The notes under the pieces are model-generated. The model saw only the letters and a program-made list of their open reading frames with translations. It ran no database searches and was not told the origin of the DNA. From NCBI GenBank assembly GCA_013239625.1, contig MU053431.1:558001-622000 (forward strand): 64,000 nucleotides of DNA, read 5' to 3'. How positions within the stretch are numbered: the first letter of the stretch is position 1; every line of letters begins with the position of its first letter. Below are positions 47,106-59,200 of this stretch, in pieces. The stretch is from Lama guanicoe (Eukaryota). A program made the translations under genes and the position numbers.

Positions 47106-47329
47106 GTGACACTGTAGTTTGGATGGCGGGTGGGGGACGATTGTCCCCCCACACACCCCACCACAGCGAGCGCAGGGAGGCCGGGCCGCCCGCAGAAGCG
47201 CTCCCGGCTGGCAGAACCAAACCAAACAGCACGTCCGCGGCACACGGTCGGAGGGAGAGTGCGATGAAGAGAGGAGAAGGAGGAGAAGCCTGTGTAGAAA
47301 TAAATGCGGGTTTAAACCTCAGGAGGAGT

Positions 47330-47808
47330 GTGTGAGCCCAGGTTCTCCTGAGGAAGAGAAACATACAGAGAGAAAGAGGTTTATTATAAAGAGTCAGCTC
47401 CCAGAACTCCATCAGAGGCCGACAAGTCCCTAGATCTGCAGCCGACCTGCTGGAGACCTGGGAGAGCCCGTGGAGTGGATCCAGTCTGAGCGCCAGCTGG
47501 CCTGACAGCCACTGAAACTTCTGTTTGAGACCAGAGGCAGGAAAAGACTGATCTTCTAGTTCAAGGGCAGTCAGGCAGGAGGAGTTCCCTCTTTTTAGAT
47601 GAAAGATTGACCTTTTGTTCTGTTTGAGCCCTCAACTGATTGGATGCGGCCCACCCCCACTGGAGAGAGCAGTCTGCTTTCCTCTGCCCACTGGTTCAAA
47701 CACTAATCTCAGCCAGAAACACCCGCACAGACACACCCGGAAGGAAGTTCTGCACAACATCTGGGTGCCCCATGACCCGGTCAAGCTGAGACAAAGTTAA
47801 CCCTCCCA
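47330..47808 (-). mobile_element. MLT2-type ERVL LTR, antisense
   Basis: gaggtttattataaag; ccctcaactgattggatgcggcccaccc; ends gtcaagctgagacaaagttaaccctccca. Confidence 0.88.
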
Positions 47809-48087
47809 GCTTGTAAAGCTGAAGCCACAGAATGTGTAGACGGGGAGAAAAACTGCTCCTTGTACGAGTCTGTGCAGCTTAACCAGAAATCCCACTGTTA
47901 CACCATCTGGGACGTGGCCCTCAAAGCAGGCTTTACGCAGCATTTCCCTGGGGGTTAGGTTTTAGGTGTAAAGAGCACCAAGGGGACATCTTCTTAATGA
48001 AGTGATTCTGGAGCCTGAATTTGCTCATCAGGATGGACACTCTCAGACTCACATCCGTTACATTAAAAATCAGTGAGTTACCATAAG

Positions 48088-48290
48088 CCAGGGCTCTCCA
48101 CCTGGGCACTGCTGACATTTGGGAGCAGGGTATTCTTGGTTAGGGGGCTGCCCTGTGCTCTGTGGGAAGTTTAGCAGCCTCCCTGGCCCCCACTCCTGTA
48201 AGTCAGTATATCCCCCTCCCAGGTGTGACAACATGAATGTCTCCAGATGCTGACACATCTCCGGGGGCAAACGTGCTGCCTGCCTGCTCC
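48088..48290. mobile_element. MER20 hAT element
   Basis: ggcactgctgacatttggg...gggggctgccctgtgc...tttagcagcctccctggcc...gtgacaacatgaatgtctccaga. Confidence 0.85.
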
Positions 48291-49114
48291 AGGCCAAGTG
48301 CTATCAAGGGAGCAAGACAAACCACACAGCACTGGCTCTGACACCTTTCTAATCTAGTGAGGACCGTGGACCGTAAGTTCTGCTGGAGACAGGTAGTGAG
48401 ATACCCTGCCCGAGAGACCCCGGTTGAGTGCATCATTGTGCAGAGACGCAGGCGAAAGCATCCGCCCTGCTCATCTCCAGGAGGGCGTCAGCTCAGCCTG
48501 CCCTTCCTGTGGAGCCGGGTGCTGTCTTGCTGTGTGAGGAGGAGCCGCGTCTACGCACACCAGCTCCGTGATGCGAACACGTGAGGGAGGGAGATGGGTA
48601 CCAGTTCAACTTCCAGAGCACGAAGAGGTGCCTCTCCTTAAACCCGCCTCAAAGTGTTTCCGAGAGTGGAGTCTGATGGCTGCTCACCCAGCCAAGGTGC
48701 GAGATTTAAGGCTTGTGATTGAATCAGATCTTCTTAAAAGATTAATATAAAATTAGATTTAAAAATAGCTTTAAAGGAACTTTGCATTCAAAAGAGTTAA
48801 GCAGAGACTTAAAAGCAGAATCGCCCTGAGAACAGTCACAGCGTTCCTTTTGTTGCTCCGTGGACGAGACGTTCCCACCACAGGCTGAAAACCTCTGGCA
48901 AGAACAGTGTCTCCTCCCAGCTCTGCTCGGAGGGTAAAGACGATTCCAGTGGACGAAACAAAACAAACGCCGGTGTCTTCCAAGGGTCAGAGCGGTGCCT
49001 CCTCATTAAAGACCTCCTCTGCCTGCTGGTCTGGATGCCGGGGGCTCTCCGCCCTCCCCGTGTTCCCTCATTTTCTCCTGCATCCAGTCGTGAAGCTCCC
49101 TGGATCGGGGAAGC

Positions 49115-49340
49115 CTTGTTAATGATACTGTTCACTGTCTGCCAGGCACTCGGCTCAAAACTGTATTTAGGTGATTGCATTTCATCCTCAGAAGAACCCC
49201 GCACCTTGGGTTTGGTCCTTAACCCAACTCTCCGGATGCAGAAACAGTGAGAGGACACGCCCCGTCCCCAGGTGACGTGGCCAGCGAGAGGTAGAGATGC
49301 GACTTAGACCACAGCAGTCAGACGCCTGACCTTGACCACC
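49115..49340 (-). mobile_element. MIR SINE
   Basis: tgccaggcact...catttcatcctcag...ggatgcagaaacag...ccccaggtgacgtggccagcgagaggtagag. Confidence 0.7.
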
Positions 49341-49639
49341 TGCCAGCGTAGCCCCCACGCCACACGCCCGCTCCGTTTCTCTCCTCCTCTCTTCTTGTCC
49401 AAAGGGCTCCCCAACATGAGGAGGCTCCCTCTACCTTCATAAATCTACCCGGGGAAGGACTGCCGCCCTCAGACAAACCTCAGGTCTGGCACCCAGGGAG
49501 CACCCCTCATCCCCCTGGGCAGATCTGATGTCCGCCTTCTGGGGTCCCTGGCGCTGCTTCCCCTCTGTCTTTAAGATGTAAGTCAGATCTCCCCACGTTC
49601 AGCTGCAAACAGAGTGCCAGCCTGGCACTGGACGCCATG

Positions 49640-49878
49640 GTCTTAGTCTCCAACTTGAAAAGCTACAAAGAGAACAAATGACACCCCAATCATTAGAGAA
49701 AAGGAAATATCAAAGGTTAAGAGTGGAAATCAGTGGAATTGAAAGCAAACAACAAACAAAAAACAGGAAGGGCTCACCATTTTTTAAAGCTAGTAAAATT
49801 AATAAACTCGTTACAGTAAAATTTGAAATTATCAATATTAGGAACAAAAGGAGGGCCATCACTAAGGCTCTGAGGACG
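49640..49878 (+). mobile_element. L1M ORF2 fragment
   Basis: A-rich; translates RLRVEISGIESKQ...FFKASKINKLVT...IINIRNKRRAIT (region after the endonuclease). Confidence 0.8.
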
Positions 49879-50484
49879 CGCCGGAAGCCCGTGGCACCCA
49901 GCCCCGCAGCATCGGCTTCCCTGGGCGGCCCCGAGGGGCGGCTGTGGGGCGCCGCGGTCAGGGAGCCCAGCGCCTGCGGCGAGGGGGTGGGGTTCCCACG
50001 GAGATGCAGAAGGAGGGAGAAAGCCAGTCTGCACGCATTTCCCCTCAGAGCACAGGGTTCTCTCCCCAAGACATTCCCTGGTATCGCCCCACACTTCAGC
50101 TGGGAAAAAGTGACTGGGGCCTCAGTCCAGGACTTGGCTGTGGACGTTAACAGTCATCACAGCCCTTGGCTGCTGAGTAAGCGGAGACAGCACTGATGCC
50201 GAGACCCCACGTCGGAAGCACCCCCCACTCCGAAGTAAACGCGGCACAGCTCTGGCTTGGCTTTGCTTAACAAACGGGCTTTACTCTCTCATACGCCGAA
50301 AGCCCAGAGTAATGGTCAAAATGCTCCTTCCAGATCAAACACCCTCATCCCGCCATGTGCACACCCTCCTTCCAGCACAGCGGGGTCTCTGCGCTGTTCC
50401 CTGGACTCCCAGACGTGCTGGGGGCTGAAGAGGATGATGCGACGTGAGGTCAGAGAGACGGGCGGGAGCAGGACCATTTAACAG

Positions 50485-50690
50485 TGGAAGTCGGCAATGT
50501 TCCTGTAAAAAGCCAGAAAGTAAATATTTTTATCTTGTGGGCCATATGGTCCCCATCACAACTCCTCAGCTCTGTCCTGCAGCACAGGAGAGCAGCCACA
50601 GATAATGTGTGAACGGACGGGCTTGTCTGTGTTCCAATTAAACTTGACTTCCAAAAGCCATCCCCTCGCAGCGGGTGTGGCCACGTGATG
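50485..50690. mobile_element. MER58A-like hAT element
   Basis: gtcggcaatgttcctgtaaaaagccagaaagtaaatattttt...gcagccacagataatg...ctgtgttccaattaaact; homologous to 27859-28012. Confidence 0.85.
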
Positions 50691-51559
50691 TCCTGCAGCA
50701 GTGACACTGGGACGCGCAGGGGAGGCCACTGCCTGCAGATGAACCCTCCTGCCCCCGGGATGGGGCCTGGTTCTCAATGCATTTGCAAGAATAAAGCTGA
50801 ACTGAGAGAGAGTAAAACCTTGCCCGTGCAAGTCCCTGAGGGCGTGGGTCCATTGCAAACTGTCTCCCACCCCAAACCAAGACCTCGCGGGCCACGGGCT
50901 GTCTTCCCCTTGACCCTTGTCTCCCAGCCCCCGGTCTGCAGTCCAGGGCTTGCTGAAATGTTCTTAGCTCACTATGAGCTATGGCACCCTTTCCAACCCT
51001 GTGGGCAAAGAGCCGGGGGACAACCTCTTCTTTCTCCCCCGTGACGCCCTCCCCTGCAAATGTAAAACTGGCCGCAGCCTCTGTGCACGGCGTCAGTGGC
51101 AGACAGCCCCCTGCGAGGGGGTTTACCTTGTGCTTCACCTAAGTGCCTGAGTCTCTCAGCTAATACACAGGAGGCGTCACCGAGGATGCGTCAGACCCCA
51201 CTTGCCCCTAAAACACAGCGACGGCGTGTAAGCAGATACGTGCTGGGCCCGAGGTCCAGCAGCTCGTCGGCGCAGGAGACCATCAACCCGTCCTTGTCTG
51301 CATCTTTGATGTGTCGCATTTCAAAAGATAATTGAAGCGGAGAACAGCTGTTTGGGTCGGAAGTGCAGGCAGAAGCAGAAAGACACGCTTCGAAAGTCTG
51401 CTGTCTCCTCTCTGGTGCGATTGGGATCCAGTCACGGCTTTACCAGATCTTTTAAAATTAAAAAAAATAATAATAATAATATAAGGAGATGCCAAAAGAC
51501 AGCTTTGCCGTTGGTTCCTTGCTGAAACAGATGTCCTGGAAAATGTACGCCCTCTTTCA

Positions 51560-53420
51560 AGGTCAGGAGCGGGGCTCAGACCCCAGGGACGGCAGAGGCT
51601 CTCGCCTGGCCCCCACGTGACTCTGCGTGTCAGCCCAGCCTGGGCTGTGATCGGCCTGCTGTTTCATGACTGCAGTGTGTGCTCGCGGGTCTGTCTTCAC
51701 CAGAGTGTCGTTTACCTCGAACGAGCTTCGGTGGCGCGACCCCCGAGGAGCAGGCACTGAGCGTTGGGTCCGTGGACCATGGCGCAGGGAGCCACGTGTG
51801 CTCACGCGGAAGAGAACCCCCAGCGGAGCAGTGTCGGACCCCGGTCGGCCGGGGGCCCGGGCTGTGCGGGGCAGCAGGGCGGCGGCCAGGCCGTTCCCGG
51901 CTGAGAAGGGAGCTGGCGCTGCCCACGGAGGGGCGGGGCGGGAAGGGGCGGGGCATGGAGAGGGCAGGGCCAGGGTCGCGCGCTCTGGTCCCGCGGAGCC
52001 GGCGGCCGCGTGACGTCCGCACGGCAGGCGCCCCTAGGAGGGCTCGGCCGCCCCCCCCCCGACGTCGTGCTTCCGGGAGCGCGGGGGCTTTCTAATCTGT
52101 CAGCTCATCCCCAAGACAAAGCCGACCTCGCCTCCGGGCCACCGTGAGCTCCCAGGACGGCCGGGGACCCGCGCCCGGACAGAGACAGTGCTGCCCTGGC
52201 ATCACACCCGGCGCCCGGAGAGGCGCGGCCGCCTTCCTCCCTTCGGGGCAGCAGCGTCCGGGGTGGACGGGCCCCCGGGGAGTCCTCGTGCCCTTCCAGG
52301 GGGGGCGGCCGGCGTCCTCGCTGCCTTCTTTCACTGAGGTTCCAGGAGGCGCCGTCTCTGTGCCTCGCTCGGCCTCTAATTCTGGTGGAGCCGAGGACCC
52401 CTCACCCTCGAGTCTGCAGCCCCCGGGTCAGACCTCGTGCTCGGCTGGGCCCCCGGACCACTTCTGCCCCTCAGTCCAGAGAGGGGTCCTCCTGGGACCT
52501 TCACTGGAAGTGCACCTTCCCTCCACACTCTGACTCCTGGGATTCCATCCGCCTGCCACCCTCGGGGTCCTCTGCGTCCCCCCAGGGAGACACCTGGAGG
52601 AAGCGTGGGGCCCACGGATAGGAAGCAGCTTCGAGGCGGGGACATCTTGGGGCCCCTGGTGTGGCGCGGCTGAAGCTTTTCAGTCTGGACTTTCAACGAG
52701 ACGAGCCTACAGATTCCTCTAATTGTCTCCTCGTCACCACTGTCACTCGCGGCGGAAAGAGCTCTGTCTCGCTCAGTCACCGGGAACACGGCCGTCTTCG
52801 GGCTCAGCTGTCCCACAGGTTCGCGTTAAATGGTGTCACCATGGTGAGCTGCCTCCTGTCGCCCAGCAGAGTGGAGGACGTGGATGTCAGTGTCCGGACA
52901 CTCCCCACAGAGGGACAGGGTGTAGTCAGCGGAGCAGCGGCCCCCCAGACGAGGCCAGGACTCCGCGGGGAGACCCGAGCGCCCACCTCATCCCCAGCGC
53001 CAGGGACGGCCGGACTGGCGGAGGGTGGGCGTGGATCTCAGCAGAGGAGACGCGCGGCTGCAGAGCCCACTGCCACCGGGGGAGACGTGACCGCCCGTTT
53101 CTTTGCCCTCCTCCAGGGATTCCAGGTGGCCATCAGGGTGCCCGCCGAGAGCTAGGCACCGTTCAGCCAGAGCACGTCAGAAATCAAGGGCCCCGGCAGT
53201 TTACAGGCAACGGAGGCTCGGTGCAGAGAGCGCGCACCCAGAGCTGCAGACGTGCCCAGCGCGGGGCTGACACTTCCGAGCGCCGGGGAGCCGGTCTTGA
53301 CAGGAGCGCGCGCGGAGATGCGAGGGGGCGGGCTGCCCGGCCCCGGCTCACCCGCTCCAGGCCTCCCCTCCGCCTGGCTGGCTTGTCATGTGGGTCTTTC
53401 TAGCTCCCTGCTTCCCAGGA
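51560..53420. promoter_or_regulatory. CpG island with promoter-like motif cluster
   Basis: About 1.9 kb, CpG-dense, no recognisable repeat. GC boxes GGGGCGGGGC at 51930-51939 and 51945-51954; CRE-like TGACGTCC at 52011-52018; ETS core CTTCCGG at 52070-52076. Confidence 0.7.
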
Positions 53421-53574
53421 TGTCACTGAGAACATGTGGAAGGAACACTATGTTTTCTTCGTTTTCTGGGAACATTCTCTGAACGATGAGGCAACTGCCA
53501 ATCGCCCCCCCCTCCCCTCCACACCGTATTTTTGAGGAAAAGAGAGAATCTCCCAAGACAGTAAACCAGTGTTG

Positions 53575-54095
53575 CTTTTAATTTTTGCTAAACAGCTTCA
53601 TGGAGGTTTATTTTTACCTATCAGCACACTGACCCAGTTTAAGTGCGCAGTCTAATGACTTTCAGCGACTTTACCGAGGGCTGCGACGGTCACCACAGAT
53701 CATTTCAGCCGCTTCATCCTTACCAGGAAGACGCGCGTGTCTCTGCGATCAGCACCCCCCCCCTACTCCAGGTCACCGCCTTCACGCACTGTCTCTGTAA
53801 ATTTGCCTTTTCTGGGCGTTTCATGTAAATTGAATCGTACACTGCGTGGTATCTTCAGCTCTTCCCACAGCGTCTCCAGGCCTCGCCCGTGCGGGGTGCG
53901 TAGCGGAGCTCCGTTCCCGTCTGTGGGAGGACGGCACCCCGCCATCTGCGTGTCTGCCCCTCACCCACACGTGGGCGTTGAGGTTTTCCCGAGTGGCGTT
54001 ATCATGGATTTGAGAGCAAGACTTTGTGCAGACATGATCTTTCCCGTCCCTTCAGCAGATACCAAGGAGTAGGATTTCTGGGTCCTACCGAGTGA
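53575..54095 (-). mobile_element. L1MB/ME-type 3' end, antisense
   Basis: aacagcttcatggaggttta...tttaagtgcgcagtc...aatttgccttttctgggcgtttcatgtaaattgaatcgtac...accaaggagtaggatttctgggtc. Confidence 0.85.
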
Positions 54096-54149
54096 GGCTG
54101 CTTCGCCAACACAAAACCCTTGGAGCTGAGGTCTTGACGTTCACAGACG

Positions 54150-54275
54150 GCACACAGTTCTGGGCACAAGCTCTGAGTGTGAATCCTGACCTGGTCAATT
54201 ACAAGTGAGTGTCAGCTCAAGCAAGTCACCTCAGCCTTTGAACCTCAGTGTCCTCGTCTGTAAAATGGGGCGGCA
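54150..54275 (+). mobile_element. MIR SINE
   Basis: gcaagtcacctcagcctttgaacctcagtgtcctcgtctgtaaaatgggg. Confidence 0.8.
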
Positions 54276-55199
54276 GCTGTGCTTGGCTCTGGATCCACGT
54301 GGAGAGCAAGTGGGTGAAGGGTGAGCAGTGGCCATTGCCTGACCCCGCAGCCAGCACCCAGGACCTGGTGCTGGTCACAACGGCCAGCGGGGCAGGACGA
54401 GGAGAGAGGGTGGAAGGAGATGGGGAGGGAGGAGGTGGGTGTCCACACCGCCTTTGCTGCCTCTGCGACCCAGCGCGAGGCTCCCGAGTCTCACAGCCCC
54501 ATGTGGAACCACGTGCTGCCCACTAAGTCAGGAAAGGCCGGCTTCCCAGCCGCAGTTCTGTTTTACTTCATTTCATGGCTTTACTTCACCTCCAATTCAG
54601 AACGCCCCTTCTGCCTCTGCTGGCCATGGATTTGGAGGCTCCCGTGTCTGGGCACGCCCGTGAGCTCGCCCCTCCGTGCACCAGCCAGCACTGTGTGCCA
54701 CCCTGTCCAGTGCCATGTGTCACCCCGGCCGGCACCCGCAGCCTCCCTCAGGCCCGCTGCCGAGGGCTCGAGAGTCTTCCTCAGCTGCCTCGTGGGTTGT
54801 CACGTTGTTGTCACTTTCCACTCATTCCTTCCCCGATGCTAACGTCCACGTGTGTTCTATGTGATACATTTAAAAAAATTCTCTTTGCAGCTGTTTTCCC
54901 TGCCATTCTGCCTTTTGCCAGAGACTGCCTGCCTGGCTTTTTTTTTTTTTTATAAATTTTGAGTAACTGAATTTCAATCCCTACCTAGTGCCAAAACCAA
55001 TACTGCGTAAAAAAGATAGACTAAGATCTTAAAACTTCGCATTCCCAATACAGCTGGTGGGGCTGACCTGCAGAGGAAGAGACGGAGAGCTGATAAACGG
55101 GAAACGGTTGGAGATCTGAATTCTTAGACACACGAGAGAAGTGTTTTCGGCCTCCGGGAGGTCAGAAGCCACTCAGATAGCAGGGGCGTAACAACACAA

Positions 55200-55430
55200 A
55201 CCCGTCTCTGAGTGGTTCTGTGCACCCCACACTGTTCTGGCTCAACGTTCACGTTCACACTCATCATCCTAAGGCTCTATGAAGCAGGAACTATCATTAT
55301 TTCCATCTTACAGATGAAGCAGTTACAGCCAGAGAGGTTAAGGAACTTGCCCAATGTCACACAGCTTTGCGGTGCTGAAACCAGGGTCCAAATCCCAGCC
55401 GTTGCGGCCCAGAGCCCACAGCCTCCCACC
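55200..55430 (-). mobile_element. MIR SINE
   Basis: ccatcttacagatgaagcagtt...agagaggttaaggaacttgcccaatgtcacacagc. Confidence 0.85.
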
Positions 55431-56344
55431 ACCCCAGTTTCTACTCCCAGGCATCTCACATGCAGACAGAAGCCTACAGATCTTTTGAGATTGGAGTCCT
55501 GTGAACATTCCAAAAATCCATTCCTATCAAATGATTAGCTTTACCAGGAAATCATCATTTGACAAGAGTTTTTCACTTAGAGATGGTACGATTCAGGGGC
55601 AGCTGGGAACAGACATGGCAGGAGCTGGGGGTTGGTTGAATGAGGTGAAGAGAAGATATGGAGACTTGCAAAAAGGAGAGGGCAAAAAAACCACTGCCCA
55701 TTCCTCTTCCAATTATGCTTAAGTTTAATTTCTGCCGTCTTGGATCCCAAACCTAACTGGTCTTCCAAACCCAGCACATAGCAGAGCCCAACCCAAAGTT
55801 CTGGGATGACATGGCCCTGACCCCCAAAGCCCACGGCCCTTAACACGGGCTGCCAGGTCCTCCTCACACTGTCCTCCCCCTTGCCGTCTGTCAGTTCGTC
55901 CGCCATCTGCCCCTCCATCCTTCTATCCCTCCCTCCCTTTCTCCTCCCTCCCTCCCTCCATCCTCCAAATGTACACACTGCACATCACACGTTTGCTGGC
56001 GCTGGATGCCGAGGACCGGCATGCCTAGGCCAGCCCTGCTGGCATCAGCACACAGACCGAAGCTCACTTTCAGCAGCAGCAGCAGGAGCGGAGAACGAGG
56101 GTCCCGGTCTTGTGGTGGTGGGGGCGACTGGTGCAAAGGTTGTTCCGTGTCACACCATGGCCCCAGAGAAACTGGGCTCCAACCCTCCAGGCCATGTACG
56201 CTCCTCCTCCATGTTCTGCCTGTGATAACAGACAGGCCTGCTCTTGCTCGGTGGCAGATCTTTATTCTCCAGTCTGAAAATCCATCCCGACAGATCACAT
56301 CCATCTCCAAACCCTGGGGATGCCGCAGCCACATGTCCGACAAG

Positions 56345-56500
56345 ACGGGTGACCTTGGGCAAGGAACAGCATCCCTCTGCAGCTCCGCTTCCTTATCTGT
56401 AAAATGGAAAAGGTAATAGGAACTGCCTCTCTGAGTTGCTGTGATAAAAATTAAAAGGGATAATGGATGTCTGATAACGCAAGTGCTCAGAAGGCACGAG
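56345..56500 (+). mobile_element. MIR SINE
   Basis: gtgaccttgggcaagg...cttccttatctgtaaaatggaaaaggtaatag. Confidence 0.8.
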
Positions 56501-57289
56501 CTCGTTCCTCAGTATGGGTCTGTCCCTGCGGGACCGGGGCTGATGCCGTCCGAGGTGGTTCCTCTCTGCGGCACGGGGAGCCCCAGGGGCAGGTGCGGTA
56601 AGGGCATCTGATTCATAAAAGAGGTCGTTACAGGCACTCGGGGGCCTGAGCTCCAGAAGCACCAACGAGCATCTTTCTCGTCGAAGGCGAGCGATTGTGG
56701 GGCCTGAGAGCATGACCCGGCTTCATCACACCCTCCTATCACGGGCTCCCACGGGCCGAAGCAGAATTAACACGTTTAATTATGGAGGGAAAGGGACTCC
56801 GTGTTAATTACGTCCTCTTGTCTGCAGCGGGAGCTGTGACGCTTCCTGCGGTGACAGCCAGAACCCCTGAGAAACAGCATCTCGGTTTTCCTCCTGCATC
56901 TGCTGACCTGCCCAGCACGTGGGGAGGCGGTGGCCTGCCTCTCCCTCCCCCGTGAGCCTGTGTGAAACCCACCCCCCAGGCGGCCCCTCACCCTCACGAG
57001 TGCCCAGAGCTTGTGGTCAGAGAGGCAGCTCTGCAGCCCAAGTCTTGGGCAAGGCGTTGGGGGGCGGGGATGCAGCAGAAACGGCAGGTGCCACACCTGT
57101 GCCCACAGGGAACTCCACCTCACGGGGACGTGCCCTCTGGTGGCTAACTCATCCCCGTGCTGTCGGTCAGATGGACAGAAACTCCTTCCATATTGTTCAC
57201 ATCACAGCTTCACAGACTGGTGGTCCCTCCTGCTGATGGATTAACTTTCAGTTTTAGTTTTAAAGGTCAGCCTGGCTGGCCACTGCCCC

Positions 57290-57765
57290 AGCCTCACCAG
57301 CTCTCCACTCCCCACAGAGGGAAGTGCATCTTACAGCCACGGCCGTGCTCAGCTCCTTGGCACTCCTGCGTGGGGCCTTTGAATATGCTGTTCTAAGAAT
57401 GTTTTCCCTCTTTTCTTCATCTTTTTCACACCTACTGATTCTTCAAATCTCAGCCCAAGAGCCACTTCCTCCAGGAAGCCCTCCCTGATCTCCCTGACTA
57501 GACCAAGTCCACATTACGTGTCCTCGGGGCCCCACATCCCTCTCTCTCCTTGGTAGCTCATGTCACAGCTGCTCTGCCTTTGGGCTTGCGGGGGCCACGT
57601 CTTTCTCCCTCCTCGAGAGTCTCTGCTGTGAGGTCACAGTTTGTCTTGTGTTTCTTCACCATTTTTTCTGTGACCGCTTGCAGAATTGAGCACGCAGCAT
57701 GCATCTAGGCCTACTTGTTGTATGCATGGGTGGATGGGTGGGTGGATGGATGGATAAGTGGGTGG
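57290..57765 (+). mobile_element. L2 fragment with (TGGA/TGGG)n tail
   Basis: attcttcaaatctcagcccaagagccacttcctccaggaagccctccctga; tail ggatgggtgggtggatggatgg. Confidence 0.75.
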
Positions 57766-57928
57766 TAAGGTTGGGCAGGGTGAGGAGGATGGCCAGGGAG
57801 ACGTGAGCTGTGTTTATTCAGCAAATACGCCAGGCGTGAGACTTGCCAGTGGTGAGCTCTCATGAGTCCAGAACCCAGGTTAGAGCTGATCTGCTTAAAG
57901 CATCTTAGCAGTAGTTAATGTAGAGCAG

Positions 57929-58285
57929 GGTGACTAACGTTGACAATGCTGATGTGTATATTTTAAAGTTTTTAAAAAATTTTTAATCTTGTTTATTATT
58001 TTTTATTACTGTCTTTTTAACGGAGGTACTGGGGATTGAACCTAGGACCTTGTGCATGCTAAACACACTTTCTACCACTGAGGTATACCCCCCCATATTT
58101 TAAAGTTGCTTAGAGGGTACATCTTAAAAGCTCTCATCACAAGGAAAAAGTTTGTAACTATAGGAGGCAACGGATGTTAACTACACTTACTGTGGTCCTC
58201 ATTTCCAAATACACACGTACATCAGATTTGCACGTACACCTGAAACCATCACAATGTTATATGTCAGCAGTATTTCCATAGAACT
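57929..58285 (+). mobile_element. L1MA8-10-type 3' end, interrupted by a SINE
   Basis: aaagttgcttagagggtacatcttaaaagctctcatcacaaggaaaaa...ggatgttaactacacttactgtggt...gtacacctgaaac. Confidence 0.85.
57971..58094 (-). mobile_element. tRNA-Ala-derived SINE (vic-1 type)
   Basis: Reverse complement ggtatacctcagtggtagaaag...ggtcctaggttcaatccccagtacctcc; perfect 13-bp TSD atattttaaagtt at 57958-57970 / 58095-58107. Confidence 0.93.
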
Positions 58286-58304
58286 GGGGGGTGGGGAGGT
58301 GGGT

Positions 58305-58400
58305 TAATCATGGAGCCCACTTTCCAGATGAGGAAACTGAGACTCAGGTTAAGTAGCCTGTCCAAGGTTTCACAGACAGAATGTAGCCGACTCTGGGCAC
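58305..58400 (-). mobile_element. MIR SINE core
   Basis: cccactttccagatgaggaaactgagactcaggttaagtagcctgtccaagg. Confidence 0.8.
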
Positions 58401-59099
58401 AGGTGAAGGACCCCCGTCACGGAGCGGGTGCCCCCAGCACTTTGCAAGACCACATCCCTGGGCACCTGGACACAGCAGGCGAAGGTGAGAAGATACGCCT
58501 TGAGGTGGGCCCCCAGGGCAGCGGTGGGGCAGAGCAGGGTGGGGAAGGGTGAACTTCCAGGATTGAACGGCACGTCCCTTGAGTCCCAGAAACCTGGGCT
58601 GAGCACATGCTGCCGCCCAGGGTGGGTGTGGTTCCCCTGCTCTTCCCTTCCTGCTGAGAAGCAGCCCGAGGCCGCCCACGGAGGCCGTCCCGCTGGCATC
58701 AGTCCTTCCTGGTAGGAGGCAGGACGGGGCATCGGGAGAAGACCAGGCCTTGGACGAGGAGGCTGGCTATTAGCCCGCTGCCTGCTGGAGGATTTTTATC
58801 TCTAAAATATAGTGTTTCTGTTAGAAGGTACACATTTTCACATCTATTAAATTGCTTTGCATGAAAGTGTACTTTCCTGGTACCATAGCAACCGTGCTTC
58901 CTAATCAGATTTAAATTTTTCACCTTGTGCTGCAGAAGCTGATGCCAGTTTCTGAAGCCAATGGCTGTGCCCTGCCCGTGATGTACAATTTTAGAAAAGA
59001 AAAGTAATCTTAAGCTAAAAAGTCACCCACCTCTGCCCCGTGGGTGGGTGCTCCACACTGACGGTTACCAACTCGGGTACCAGCGTCCTCGCCACTTCC

Positions 59100-59200
59100 A
59101 CACTTACCGAGCCCTTCTGAAGCCCAGCTCCTTCATCTGGAAATTGGAAGTTGTCATATTCCATCTCACAGGGCTGTTGGAAGGATTAAATGATATAAAG
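59100..59200 (+). mobile_element. MIR SINE core
   Basis: cagctccttcatctggaaattgg...ctcacagggctgttggaaggattaaatga. Confidence 0.7.

Noticed and set aside
43326..47808. MLT2 LTR pair as an ERVL provirus
   Set aside because: The LTRs are in opposite orientation and there is no gag or pol remnant between them.
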